A stretch of 64,000 nucleotides of DNA from Podarcis vaucheri (GCA_965113315.1 OZ220370.1), one strand, 5' to 3'. Counted from the stretch's first letter, positions 1 through 12,961 are shown. The notes: a model not told the origin generated them from the letters alone. Program-made: numbers and translations.

Positions 1-358
1 CTATTTTTACGACAAGTATGCGAAGTTCGCCAAATGGCTACTATTTTGTCCTAAAAGACAGTACAGTATATAATTTTTGAAAGTATATTTTTTCTGAATC
101 TCTCTCTCTCAGGTGTCAAAGACCATGGGTAAAGAGGTGCATCTTCAGCATGTGATGGAAAGTGTCAGAAGCAGGGGGACAGGGGTGAATTATCCCCCGA
201 TTCAAAACCTGCTCCACCTCTTTTTATGGGGGGGGGGAGAGGTATCTGGAGATCCAGCCACAGATCTCCCATCACATGTAGTTTGGCCCTGGGTGAGGAT
301 TTGAATAGAGGAATCTGAACCTAGCAACCTGAGCCACTTCACCATGCTTGCTCTAAAA

Positions 359-747
359 CAGGGGTTGGCAAGGTTTACCGGCCATGGGCTGGATCACTCC
401 CACGGAGATTGTCCGTGGGCTGGACTGGCACAGCGCGATGCCAGAAATTGCATCTGTGCCTGTCCGCGTCACCGGAAATTGCTTCTGCGCATGCCCAGAT
501 GCCGAAAACTGTGCATGCGCAGAAGGGATTTCTGGCGTCTGGACATGCACAGACGTGATTTCCAGTATCTGCGCATGCACAGAAACAATTTCTGGCGTTA
601 CTCAGCAAATCCCTATGCTGCGCTGGTTTAGCGCAGCTCACGGGGGACTTGCCGAGCAGGCGGCTTGGTTCAGGGGTGGCTTATGGGCCGGTAAAACGGT
701 CTTTGTGGGCCGCATTTGGCCCATGGGCCGCACATTGCCAACACCTG
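359..747. mobile_element. Non-autonomous hAT element (MITE)
   Basis: TIRs CAGGGGTTGGCAA / TTGCCAACACCTG; perfect 8-bp TSD CTCTAAAA (351-358, 748-755); internal ~30-bp repeats in both orientations. Confidence 0.88.
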
Positions 748-894
748 CTCTAAAACACAAAAGTCCATTGTGTTTGAGACTGGAGTGGCCAACTCACAAC
801 TCAAGTAGAAAAGTTAGCAGCAAGGTTGTTAAATTCAAAACAGAGAAATCCCCACACCATGCATAAATATAGACAATTTTCCAAACTTTCTTAC

Positions 895-992
895 CCTTCC
901 CACTTCCACGAGATTTGTCACCATGACTATGCTTGCTGTATTTTCATGCCAGACCATTCTCCAGAAGTCATATATTGTCTCTTGCATTGGTC
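895..992 (-). CDS. PTPRM: PTPRM exon (98 nt), D1 domain (DFWRMVW, IVMVT motifs)
   Basis: Reads (G)[32 protein letters not shown]. Acceptor CCTTTCAG|, donor AGG|GTAAGA; phase 1 to 0. The gene continues beyond both window edges. Confidence 0.97.
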
Positions 993-1347
993 CTGAAAGG
1001 ACAAATCAATCCACAGGTTATTCTCAGCACATAACAGGATTGGAGGAATACACACTGATAATGTTATAGGCAATATTAAAAACTTGACAGCTCTCAAGTG
1101 CGTTAAGAGGTGAGGCAGAGATCTTCTGTAGGCTCATTAATTTAGCTTGTTAAAGGCTCAATGGAGGTTTCAGTTTCTTTCAAACTAATTTGCAATTAAG
1201 TGTCCCCCCCCCTCTTGAAAGAAAGTTGGTGCTGTTGTTTTTTAACAGGAGGTTGCAATCCTATACACAAACATACCTGAGGGAAAGTGTCACTGTAATC
1301 AATATGTTTATTTCTAATAGGAATGTTTAAGAATGCACTGTTAACTA

Positions 1348-1633
1348 CAGTGGTGCCCCGCAAGACGAATGCCTCGCAAGACGGAAAACCCGCTAGACAA
1401 AAGGGTTTTCTGTTTTTCAATGCGCTTCGCAGGACGAATTTCCCTATGGGCTTGCTTCGCAAGACGAAAAAGTCTTGCGAGTCTCGAGATTTTTTCCGCT
1501 CCCCCCCCTTTTCTAAGCCGCTAAGCCTTTAATAGCCTTTTAGCAGCTAAGCCGCTAAGCCTTTAATAGCCGCTAAACCGCTAATAGCGCTAATCCGCAA
1601 GACGAAAAAAACGCTAGATGAAGATACTCACTG
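1348..1633. mobile_element. Tc1/mariner (Tigger-like) MITE with mostly deleted right TIR
   Basis: TA|CAGTGGTGCCCCGCAAGACGAA at left; only CACTG|TA remains at right; repeated GCAAGACGAA and AAGCCGCTAAGCCTTTAATAGCC units. Confidence 0.75.
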
Positions 1634-3039
1634 TAACTACTAGGGCTGAGAGTTTGAAAAATAATAATAGAGCAGTCAGGGCAGCATCAGCGGTAGTGGG
1701 GCGCTTCTGCTGCTTGCCAGGAGGGGCTGCGGCCAACCCAGGCCTGCCCCACCCCACCCCTGTCCTGGCGAGCCCTCCTTAGAGACTTAGGAAGTACAGT
1801 ATGTATAAATTGTTGAAATAAATAAATAGTAGCACACCACCAGGAGAGCTCTGCTGCTGCTTTTTATGCTTTTGACATGAGTAATGTTTCAGTGGACGAT
1901 ATTGGCCTTTCTCAGTTTAAACATTTTTCTTAGTTTGCACTATTGCTCTAATTAGTCTAATTCTCAAATCGCTCCTTCTGAAATGAGGCAGGTTTTTTGA
2001 GACAGTTTTCCCCCCTTTGACAGCAGGAGAGAACATTGTTTAAATGCCAGGCCTGATAACTATCTTAATTTTAGAACATAACGAAAGAAATGAGCCGGAG
2101 GGAGGGGGAAGACCGGGGCCACCCCCACCCCTAAAGTATCTGCCTAGGCTCTAGAATAGCCTATGTCTGTTGTTTCTGGAGTGCTCTATGGGAATCCAGG
2201 CTAAAAGCTGGATCCACAATGAATCCCAAGCATTGACTGGGCCTTTGGGGAGGGTGTGGTCCTACCCAGGTATTCCTTCTTCTAACACTTTTGCTCCTGT
2301 CATTTTTTTTTTACCCTGCTATGTCACTTTGTCTGAGCGTCTATTGAAGACAGAGATAATAAGCAGATATAAAACACCATCAATTACTAAAATCTTGCAT
2401 CTACAAACAACCAATTACTAATCCTCTTCACAACACTTTTTAGTTACTTATTTAGAATTTTACTAGTCTATTCATTTGAGGACTTGCTTGAAACATTGCA
2501 ATACCTTTAAAATTTTAACATCAGAGTTGCAGACAGCTGATAAAAAAAGGGCAACAGTAATCACCCTTGAAATAAGAATGTTTTTTCTAAAACAATAGCT
2601 GCAAATGACATACCACATCACTAATTGCACCTGAAAGCTCGTGTGCCCACTTATCTCAGGAGAAACCCATTAAAGGATACTATTAAACTGAAGAAACCCA
2701 CACCCACATATCCAACAGTAATCTGTTAAAATGTATTTTTCATTGACATTTGAAAACATTTAGCTTTAATGTTTTCATCTTGCATCTCCAGCCTTGTTTT
2801 GTGTGAGTGTCCTACGCAAAAATGACAAAGGCAATTAAAATTAGGCAATCATTCTTGCAAGATCAATATCATTGGCCTGCAGGGCTCAGAGCAGGTGCGT
2901 TGTATGGAGTTATTATTTATAAGGGGAAGCTGTCCAATCTCAAATATCTGCTTTAACTGTGGCTGCAGAGTAGTTGCTTACAGCCCTCTGCAGTCAAAAC
3001 AGAATCTTATGTTTAGCACTTGAGCAGAACCATCTATCT

Positions 3040-4365
3040 GTATTTTTTACTACTACCACTATCAGTCGCTCACCAGAAGCGCCCAGGTTGTGTTGCAGAA
3101 ATATAAATACAGCACTAAAAATTTAAAAGAAATTACAATCACAACTAGATTGCGCCTAAAACATACACCTCAATTGTCAGGGTAAAGAGGTGTATGTTCA
3201 GCATACAATGTAAGCTGTTCCATGAAGCTGCCAAATGTACCTCTGTGGGGAGGGAATTCCTCAACTTTTGGGCTGCTACAAGGAATATCCTTTCCCAGCT
3301 CACCAACCCCTGAACCTAGGAGGAATGTGGAACTACCAAGAGAGCCCCCTCCACTGATTGTAACACCCAGGAGGGTCTGCAGGGAAGGAAGTGGTCTTTC
3401 AGATATTTGGGGCCCAAGTTGCTTAGGATTTTCAACACTAGTATGAGCAGCTTGAACTGGGCCTAGACATGATGTCGCAAGCAGACAAACTGTTTTGAAA
3501 CAGGGGTTATATGAGTTCTGAAGTGAACTCCAGCCAGTAATCTGGCTGCTGCATTTTGGACCAGCTGATGTTTACAAATCATATTCAAGGGCAGCCCCAC
3601 GTAGAGCACATTGCAATAATCCAACCTGGAGCATTGAGTACTGTGGCCAAGTTGTTTCTGTTCAAAAGAGGCTGTAGCTGGTGAACCAGCCAGAGCTGGA
3701 AAAATACACTACTAGCCTCCAGTGATAAGGCTGAACTCAGGAGGACCTGCTTCTTCCAGAGGGATGCAACACCATCTATGACAGGCTGTCTCCCCACCTC
3801 CCAGACTCAAGAACTTGGGACGCCAAACATGCCTGTGTTTTTAGGATTCAGCTTCAATTTATTGGTCCATTTCAGTCCATCATCACCTCTAGGTACTGGT
3901 CTAACACCTTAACCCAGTGGTTTTCAACCAGTGTTCCATGGCACCCTGGGGTGCCTTGAATGAGAGTCAAGGGTAGCGTGGGCAACACTGGCCTCTGCCT
4001 CTCTTTCCTTCCCTTCCTCTCCTTATGCCCTCTCATGCCTCTGCCTTCCAAAGACTTGCACAGTTGTTTATTGCAGCAGCAGCAGCAGCTGCCCGAAGGA
4101 CTCACAAGGAGAGGGGAGAGGAGTGGAGGCTGAGGGAACACTATGCAAGGGAATGTGTTCGAAAAAGGGCAAGAGGCTGCCAGCTCTGCAGGCAAGGGGT
4201 GGCATAACTGGGCTCCTGAGCCACATGGGGTGCCACAGAAATAATGTAATTGGTCAAGGGAGCTTGAAAACCTCTGGCTTAACCGATTGTCCTGATTCAG
4301 ATGGAACAGAGAGGTAGAGCTGGGCATCATTCACATATTTATGACACCTCAGATCCTGAAAACAG
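3040..4365 (-). mobile_element. Decayed L2-like LINE, 3' part of ORF2, interrupted by a hAT MITE
   Basis: Minus strand near 4313-4348 reads RCHKYVNDAQLY, a degenerate CHQYADDTQLY RT motif; L2-like 3' sequence toward 3040. Boundaries approximate. Confidence 0.65.
3915..4276. mobile_element. hAT MITE nested in the L2 fragment
   Basis: TIRs CAGTGGTTTTCAA / TTGAAAACCTCTG; TSD CCTTAACC (3907-3914) / GCTTAACC (4277-4284). Confidence 0.8.
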
Positions 4366-4955
4366 CTCCTGACAGCTTCTTTAAAATGTAAGAAGAACCT
4401 ACTGAATGAGGCCAATGGCTCATCTAGCCCAGCATCCTGTTCTCACAGTGGCCAATCAGATGTATATTCCAGGTATGATAGTGGCCTGGAGGCTTGAGGA
4501 GTTGTGGGTTATGGGGGCGACTCACAAGAGGCTTGGAAAGGGTCCAGAACGACTTGAAACCACTTTGAATATCTGATTACTGGGGTGGGGGAGTTCTTTG
4601 ACACATTCTGAGCCACCCCAAGGAGAACTGGGAGAAGAGGGATCCACCCACCATCACTACCCAGGCTGATGATGCTTCTTAAAAACAGGAGACTTTGTCC
4701 TGCAGTGTGTGAGCATGACTTCATGTGGACGCAGTCAGGGGCTCTAAGCCCAAAGAGCAGGAAGGGACTCAGGGAAAGTTAAAGGGGATGGCAGGTCTTT
4801 ATGAATCTCCAATCCTGCTTAATGGGCAATGTGTGCATGGCTGAGGGCTATCCAGAGAGGAGAAAGGCCTTCATGGAACCCAATGCCACTTCCCCATCCC
4901 AAACAGCTGAGCCCATATTACCACATTATATCTAATGAAGTAGTAAACACTAGAG

Positions 4956-5091
4956 CAGGCACCCCCAGTCTGCGGCCGTCCAGATGTTTTGGCCTACAAC
5001 TCCCATGATCCCTAGCTAACAGGACCAGTGGTCAGGGATGATGGGAATTGTAGTCCAAAACATCTGGAAGGCCGAAGGTTGGGGATGCCTG
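4956..5091. mobile_element. 136-bp palindromic hAT MITE
   Basis: CAGGCACCCCCA...TGGGGATGCCTG, largely self-complementary; perfect TSD CACTAGAG (4948-4955, 5092-5099). Confidence 0.9.
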
Positions 5092-6859
5092 CACTAGAGT
5101 AGTAGAAATGGGGTAAAATAATTCTGTAGTGATGTAGACAATGGCAAAAAGACATGCACCACCACCTAAACAGCTCATTTGCAGATATGTTTCCTGTGCA
5201 TTTTATAGTATTCTGTAATCTTGGGTTGTTATATATAAGTTATGCATGCTATGTCCCTTTTAAAATCAGTAGGAACTAAACCTGCATGACTGGGTACTGG
5301 ATAGTAGTATTAATCTTTAGTGAATAGTACCTTCTGTGTAGATGTATTTGTTTGGGGTATGCAAATCATAGATCATGCCAGGAAATAGATCCTACCATTA
5401 GCATGGTGGTAGAAGAATGTAAAAGATGAAAAATAATTTTATAAGACTAGGAATCCCAATTGTTCTGGAAGGAACTGGATCAAACCTTTCCTCCAAGATA
5501 ATCCATCATCTTCCCCACACCCCCAAAATCACTTTTTTAGCCTTGCAGATGTTAGGTTTGTACCACAATCCTCTAGGAATGAGTGATGAGAGAAATGCTC
5601 TCCTTTGGAATGTCAGCTGTGTCCCTGCTTCTGTTCTACCTGCTATAGCAAGACAATGGTAATTAAAATAACCCCAGGGAGTAGGAATTTAATAGAGAAT
5701 TTGTTATCTATCCATTTTACCTGCTTTCTTATATGCCAGAGAGCCACCAAAATTATTCTGGACTCAGGACATTCATGGGAGGGAAAGAGGCTAGCTGCAT
5801 GTCTTTGAAAGTAATTCTCTTCTATCCTATTTTTCTTTTCTACTTGACACTTTTCAAATTATTTTCTGACATCTGAATAAATTATTACTCTGTCATGTCT
5901 CCACACAGAATTGAAAAGCATTAAAGGGCAGGTAGGGGCACAGGATTTATTGTCATCTGGAGCTGAACAATTCGATTTCAGAGATTTGGGGTAGGAAGCG
6001 ACACTGTAATCACTATAGGAGCCAAGTTTACAGAGGTTGACACAGAGCACAGTCCACTAAGAACTGCTGCTGTGCAGCCCTGATTAATTTCAAGGCGCAT
6101 GTACCAGGAGTCTGTGCAAGTAACCACCTCAAAAATAAACAGAACCTGCTTTGCAGAAGGACTTGGTGTGGTTCAGCTTATTCTCATTCCCCTTACGGGA
6201 AAGTTCAGCATTTTCTTGCTATGAATCCAATGACATAATCTACTAGCAATATAATATAATGGCTGCTATAAATACTCTCTACCATGAGGAAATGATATAA
6301 AATAGTCTCTTTTGCTACTGCGACACTACTAAAAACAAGGAGAAGCTAGTAAGAAATGGGTAAGTATTTATTCAAACTGCACAATCCCCAGTAATTATTA
6401 AGTGAATTTAATGCCATACTTTGTAATAGTTAGAGCTGTCGACTTAATACATTTTCAGGAAATTTACCTTGTTACATTTAACTGATTAATTGCTGTAGTA
6501 GCTGATTAAAATAAACATTACAATATCTCAAAAGAAGTCAAGCTTTAGTATTTTACAAAGCTAATAATTTCCCTAAACCAATCAGCACAATTACCTCCCT
6601 AATTTTGATTTCCCTTGCAAATAGTCATTTTTTTTCTACCAGGTTTTACTAGAGTGTTAAGAGTATGCAGAGTTGGGCTTTGGCTTAAATTCCCCCATAA
6701 TGTAACCCTTGTTAGTTGCAATTCAAGAGCTAATTTTTCTGGAGAAAAGGTTTCCTGTGACTTTTCTCTTCTAAAGTTCATCTAGATAAGTATCTTTACA
6801 TGTTTCCAGTTGGTCTCTGGAATGCTCAAGGAGAACACTGGCAACATCTCGGGGAAATA

Positions 6860-6862
<3 letters not shown>

Positions 6863-6925
<63 letters not shown>
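6863..6925. repeat. Compound microsatellite (TC)n(AC)n
   Basis: About 16 TC units followed directly by about 15 AC units. Confidence 0.97.
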
Positions 6926-6930
<5 letters not shown>

Positions 6931-7289
6931 TTTTGTTTGTAGCTCTCAATCTTTCTGTCCATACAAAAGAGATGGGAGATAGAAATGTATTGGAGAAATG
7001 GACCAGGAGAAAAATGTATCCTGTAGGTATGAGAAAGAACAGAAAAATCTGAAGGAAAAAAGTGATAGTAGAGAGCTTGAGATATGGAAGAACAATCCAG
7101 AGTTAGATGGCAGGAAGTCCTTGAGAGGTTTCTGCGGATTGACATTTGTTCTGATTAAGCAGTAGACTGGGTTTTCCCAGGGAAAGTGGCAGGACAAAAA
7201 ACAAACAAAACCGCTCTCAGATTCATGACTTGAGATCACGGGACAAACAGATGTGTAGATGGCCCCTACAAGCGGAAACTGAAACAGTC

Positions 7290-7406
7290 ACATCCACACC
7301 ATCCATTCAAAGCACATAGCTTCCCTCAAAGAATCATGGAAACTGTAGTTTGTTAAGGGTGCTCGGAACTTTAGCTCCCTGGGAGGGGTAAACTCTAGTT
7401 CCCAGG
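7290..7406. mobile_element. Old MITE-like interspersed repeat (related copies at ~14920-15065 and ~22640-22965)
   Basis: Shared core AAAGCACAT...AAAGAATC.TGG.AACTGTAGTTTGTTAAGGGT found in three places in the window. Confidence 0.6.
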
Positions 7407-9454
7407 CACTGAAATTAATGAACATTACTAAATTGTTGGCACCCATCTTTTCTGGGAGACAATGGAGGAGTGTGCCTTTGGGAGTGAAGTCAAGCTGTTG
7501 CATGCTTGCAGAACCTGTTGCGGCTGTAGAGACCAAAGCGGGAGAGACAAGTTGTGTTGCTGATGGGCCAGATAAAGGCACCCAGTTGTACTGCTGCAGT
7601 TGCACCATGCCGTTTCTAAATTAGGTCTAATAATTTAAAGGATCCACTCTGAGAAAAACTTAGTTGAAAACCACCTAATATGATTTTAATATATGATGTG
7701 GATGTGACCACTGACTTTGGTAGGGAATAATAATCATTGGTACAATACTTTGTTCTGAGATGATAACAGCACTGTCAAAAGTTAAGAAAGCTTATGATAC
7801 CAACATAAAGCTTTGCATCAATCCAATGCAAAGAAAACAAAGGAGCAGCCAAATTTCAAATGTCATTTGACTTTGTTAGAACACAAACATAGTTGAGACA
7901 GTAACCAAAATAACAGAATCTGAGTAATTTAATTAAAAGTTTAGGAATGCTGTTCTCCTTAATGTAACCTTATGGAGCACCACAACTGTTAATAGACTAA
8001 TCTCTAAGGAGAGTTCCCACAGCATGTGGCTCAATTTAAATGCAAAATTACAGGATTACTAATTTTCTGCCAGCCCAGTGATCTGATTGGCTAATTACCC
8101 ATAAGAACTGTGTATACATTATTTTTCTTTCAGAGTATTTGGGATTTTAAATTCTCAATTTAGTAACTGAGATACATAAAATAAAAAAATAGCTGCTTCA
8201 TAAAATAAAGTTCTAAAGTGATTTCTTAATGAAACTAAATGGCAAAAAAATCTTTTATAAAAAAGCCCATATATTCTGTTGAATAACATCCACCAAATCT
8301 GTGGAACCATTTGAGTTTGTAACAACAGTTCCTTACTCTTAGTTCCACCTACTCTTGTCATGTTCCATCCACATCTGAACTGGTCACTTTGTACTTTTCT
8401 TACATATTTTTACATATTCTGTCCTGCAAAATGAAGTGACTCTGGAATGGTTGGTGTAAAGAGGCGTCTAAGTGCTCCTACTGCTTGATCTGTATTACAG
8501 CTTTGCCTTGTACTAATCTTGAATGAGTTTCAGCTGCCAAACAAGATAACCTATAAGATAATTTTGTGCACACTAGAGCAGTAATAAATGAAAAACAACA
8601 ACATACTATTAAGTTAACCAAAATAATCATAATTCTTCAGGTTTGAGATGTGCCACATATCATAAAAGAAAAATGAAATTGTACATGAACAACAACTTTT
8701 CCTTTAATTCTTAAGGGCTTTGATCCACTTGATACTTCACATCAGCCTGACTTCTACTGTTTACTGATGACGTCCCAAAGTCATGGAATAGCAAATATTC
8801 TGTCATATTTAAGGGTATAAACTAGGTAGTGCACAATAAAACCACACATCCTTATTGGCTTAGCAAGAATTATTTCCAACCAATATCAGGAAAATTCCAA
8901 CCAAACAATATTTAAATGACACTGCATTCTTCTCGTTTAGCAAGGAGCTCTGATTCCAGTCTTCACCTCATCCAAGCAGAAATCAAGTCACAAAAAGAAC
9001 TGTACACTTCTATAATTTTTTTAATCAATTGTGCTTTACAATACAGCTGCAGTGCCAAGTAAATGAAGTGAACCATTTTAATTGTGTTGCTTAGATAAAT
9101 GTATCTGCACCAAAAGCACTAAATGAAAACACTTGGGCTCAAATGAGATTTAGGAACTGCAGAGGTAATCTCTACAAAGCCTTGATCTAAATAGCAATTG
9201 AACATGGAAGGAAAGGCAGATACTTTTTTAAAAAGAGTCAATAAGCTTCTACCACTGTGACGAAGGAAAGATCTGGGCACCACTTACAACACTAGGTACT
9301 AGCAGTGATTTTCATAGCATAAGTAGAATCTAATTAACAAGGAAGAAAGGATTGTACAGAAAACAGGATTTTCTTTTCCATAGATATTTTGTTCCAGGAG
9401 AATAAGGAGAACATTTACTAAAAAGACTGGAGGTGAAATGAATGAATGTCTTCA

Positions 9455-9680
9455 CTTAACGCAGAAGGTGCCAGGCAAGCTTCCCTGGGGAATGTATCCC
9501 ACCGACAGGTGCCACCACCAAAAGGCCCCTTCTATTGCTTCCACCCTCCACACTTCCTATGGAAAGGGCACTCTGAGGAGGGCATTTGGAGATGATACTG
9601 AGGCCAGGATAGGCTTGTTTGGGAACAGTGAATGTATTCTGTATAAGGTTGTAAATGTTAGAGCTGGGAATCTGAACTGG
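9455..9680 (-). mobile_element. Decayed L2-like LINE fragment
   Basis: Resembles the minus-strand L2 3' region at 3220-3470; recognised by eye only. Confidence 0.45.
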
Positions 9681-10487
9681 GCCAGGAAATGCACTATGTG
9701 CCATTTGTATTCTGATTGCTTGGTATTTTGCGATTTTGCTATTTATGCTACCACAGTCAAAGCTGTGTAAACACTTGCGTTATAAATGCTTATCTTTAGG
9801 GCTTATAAGGCTGACACGAAAGCATTTTCCCATGGTTGAAGCATGATAAGTTTGTTGCATTGAGAAAGAAAATTATATTCACAATATAAGTGAGAAAGTA
9901 AATGGTTTGTTTTACAGCTAGAGGCAAACTGAAGGTATAAGAATGCCTGTTTGCAGGTGCTGATTTAGAATTAGTAATTAAAATATTTTATTAGGCCTAA
10001 TATATTTAAACCATACCTTAATAACTTGAGCCTTAAGCACATCAAATATAATTACTGCTCCTGTGTTTAATTGTATGTCTAATTGTAATATTACTTTTAC
10101 TGGTTACACTGTTTATGTCAGGTAAGTATGATATGCAGGCAAATTTGTTATATGATAAGCACCGCAGGAATCAACTTATGAGTATGCACAACCAAATTGA
10201 GTTTTTCTGTGGAATGTACACATTTCTGCTGGACATTTCAACGATTTCAATCTTCTGTGAACATACTGGGGTTTGCCATATGGCTCTTTGTTCTCCAGTT
10301 ACTTTTTACTCTGCAGATATTTTCTATCTAATTAGCACTTGCATTTTTAATTTTTGTTTAAAAAATGAAGCCACTTTAAAGGTTTTAGTTTTTCTTAGTA
10401 GTAAGCAAGTGACCAGTTCAGAGAACATGCATTTATGCATGTTGTTTAATTTTTCAACAATTATCTGATAAAAGCATGGAAACATTC

Positions 10488-10608
10488 ATAGAATCGTAGA
10501 ATTGTAGAGTTGGAAGATACCATGCGGATCATCTATGCAGGAATATTTCACCCAATGTGGGGCTTGAACCCACAACCCTGAGTCTTGTGGTTTACCGACT
10601 GAGCTGTC
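10488..10608 (-). mobile_element. tRNA-derived SINE with CR1-type tail
   Basis: Minus strand AGCTCAGTCGGT (A box)...GGGTTCAAGCCCC (B box), ending TTCCAACTCTACAATTCTACGATTCTAT, a CR1-like ATTCTRYG tail. Confidence 0.8.
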
Positions 10609-11648
10609 TACTTCCGCTGTCTACATCAATTCCCCCCAGCCTGCTACTCTACCGATGTTTTGGACTGTAACTCTCCTTCAGGCCCATTCAGCATGGCCAT
10701 ACTGGCTGGGGCTGATGGCAGTGTAGACCTAAATATTGGGTGGGGGGGATCAGTTTGAGGAAGATGACCTACACTGTGGAATCAAACACTGCTACCAGCC
10801 CACCTTTTAGCTGAAATGGGATTTTAAATAAATATTCTCAATTGGAAAATGTCAAATAGTCCTTTTAAAATTGTGCCTGCCTGTTCTTTATGCATGATCC
10901 ATTACATCAAGACAATAGTTTTCTTATTACAAGTATGACCCAGGTGCTTATTGTGACTGTCTCTGTCAATTACTGTAGATCACCTGAAGTCTTCATTAGT
11001 GGCAATTTCAGCCTATTATAGCTACTGTAAAGAAGAAAAGTACCGTAGATGCTCATTTTCTAACCCAAATTGCAGGTTTAGAATATGTTGCACTTAAAAC
11101 ATAGCTTAATGGTCCCTTGATACAACAATAGGTAAAACAGTTTTTGTCCTCCTTACACCAGTTTCCTAATCAACCTGATTTGAAAGACACAAAAGGTAAG
11201 CTCATTGCTAAGCAAAACCCTGTAAAGCTAAATCTTGTTCATTTGGAAGATTCCAAAACAGTAAAAAAACCTAAAACACAAGTGATTAGGCAACCCTCCA
11301 GCTTTGTTGAAAAGCCAGATTGGTAGCCGATTGCAAACCGATTATGTTTGCCACTATTTAGTGGCATCCAATTATATTTGCTCATTAACACTTGATATGT
11401 TGAATGGAGCTTAAGAAGAGCACTAGGACAATTAAATAGCAATCTCAGCTCTGTAGGGATTTGAACTAATTTCTCAAATGATTTCCTTTTCCTGAAGAGC
11501 ATAGTACAAAGGAATACCATGCATGAAAATGGGAATGGGTTGGATCAGAAAGGTTACTGAAAGAATGATGGTGAAATATTTTAATGGACATATCCAAAAT
11601 GTCTGTTCAGATGTTTTAGTCAAATGTTCTCGCTTTCAGTAAAGGTAT

Positions 11649-11768
11649 GGGTTGCAGCCACTGCTAGTCCAACTCAAAGTAGACTCCTTGAAATTGATGG
11701 GCATGACTAACTGGGGTGCATTCATTTCAGTGGGTCTACTCTGAGTAAAATTTAGTTGGCTGGAACCC
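11649..11768. mobile_element. Palindromic MITE, probably PIF/Harbinger-like
   Basis: Ends GGGTTGCAGCCA / TGGCTGGAACCC; internal ACTCAAAGTAGAC / GTCTACTCTGAGT inverted pair. Related short palindromes at ~44540-44633 and ~50626-50720. Confidence 0.6.
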
Positions 11769-12099
11769 TTTGGTTTCCTCCCCAAATAGGAGTAAGAGTC
11801 AGCTAATTTCCTCAGTCACCAGTTTATGTCTGGAGATAATGGAGGAAAAGGCAAGACGGTGACATTCATGTTCTTATCTTTCTCCAATTCAGGCATCTCT
11901 AACGGGCCTCTATCAGGCCAGTTATACCTCATCCCTAAGCCACACAGGTGGAGTGCATAATGCATTGCAAATATGGCTCAAAATGGGAGACTACAATTCA
12001 TTCATTCATCTGTTACCGGTTCTCTTCATTAAAGTGCAGAACCTTGTTTAAACATGAACCATCTCTCTCTCAATCACTCACTCACTCTCACACATACAA

Positions 12100-12143
12100 T
12101 TGGTATCTGAAGAAGTGTGCATGCACACGAAAGCTCATACCAA
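12100..12143 (+). ncRNA. Minimal type I hammerhead ribozyme
   Basis: Stem I TTGGTAT (12100-12106) / ATACCAA (12137-12143); core CTGAAGA (12107-12113); stem II GTGTG-CATG-CACAC; GAAA (12129-12132); palindromic AGCT stem III; CUC cleavage triplet ending at 12136. Confidence 0.82.
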
Positions 12144-12231
12144 GAACTAACTTAGTTGGTCTTTAAGGTGCTACTGGAAGGAATTTTTTTATTTTGACTA
12201 TGGCAGACCAACACGGCTACCTATCTGTAAC
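12100..12231 (+). mobile_element. Penelope-like (Neptune-type) retroelement terminal fragment
   Basis: Hammerhead motif followed by TTAGTTGGTCTTTAAGGTGCTAC...GCAGACCAACACGGCTAC, which I recognise as reptile PLE terminal-repeat sequence; abuts a (TC/AC)-rich tract at 12062-12096. Confidence 0.75.
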
Positions 12232-12257
12232 ACAGTTGGCTATCACTTTAAATACCC

Positions 12258-12290
12258 TGTAGTGGAATAAATTGTCACTAGGTGGCAGTA
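12258..12290 (+). promoter_or_regulatory. Candidate CTCF site with upstream module
   Basis: Core GTCACTAGGTGGCAG preceded by CTGTAGT at spacing compatible with the CTCF upstream motif; motif match only. Confidence 0.5.
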
Positions 12291-12680
12291 TAGAGCTGTT
12301 TTGTAAGGGGCAACATGAGCATCTAAATTTTAGAAACCAAAACAAAGCCATAGTCCTTCCTTCATTTTTCTGTGGTAGGTAGAAGAAAGTTGTTCTATAG
12401 AGCCAAGCTGTTGGTTTTGCACATTGAACGAAGTATAAGGAAACATTAAAATAGCAACCATATCCAAAATATCAGTAAAAAAAGGTGAGAATTTCCCAAC
12501 ATGTTAGGAATCAGTTTTCTCAAGGTAGAGGAAAAAATTACACCAAGGTGTCCCCCCCCCCCCGCTTCATGGCAAAATACATAGATGCGCAAGCTGGTGC
12601 TGGGATTTGGCAAAAGTGGGTGAGAACAGAAGCAAACGTCTGCGGAGTAATAGCTGCAACTCCTACTTTTGTACAGTGGG

Positions 12681-12961
12681 CAGGGCCAGCCCATCCCATT
12701 TCACCACCTGAGGCGGAACAGGAATTGCTGCCTCCTGCTGTGCCCCACTTCCAAAGCTGGCACACCCCGGCTGCCGTCAAACTCAGTGGGAGCCGAGGCA
12801 CTCCTCAAAGCAGTGACGCTTGCTCAGCTTCTCTGTCTGGGGGTGGAGAAGATGAGCGCCAACGCTGCACACTGGAACACCTCCCTTCCCAGGAGCACCG
12901 CCTCTTGCACTTCTGCTGCCTGAGGCAGATGCTTCCCTGTCTCATGGGCTGGCTGCCTCTG
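12681..12961. mobile_element. GC-rich hAT MITE
   Basis: TIRs CAGGGCCAGCC / GGCTGCCTCTG; TSD ACAGTGGG (12673-12680) / ACAGTGGA (12962-12969). Confidence 0.75.

Noticed and set aside
384-866. 160-aa Cys-rich ORF and overlapping ORFs with apparent repeats
   Set aside because: These are translations of the internal 30-bp repeats of the hAT MITE at 359-747.
8764-8810. Other CTGATGA/CTGAAGA hammerhead-core matches (also 34191, 37519, 42421, 51283)
   Set aside because: No stem II, GAAA and stem I context seen; the 42421 match is the CR1 FADD codon string.
10545-10608. tRNA-like sequence (also at 31370-31445 and 63892-63960)
   Set aside because: These are SINE heads with degenerate cloverleafs, fused to SINE bodies and tails; not tRNA genes.
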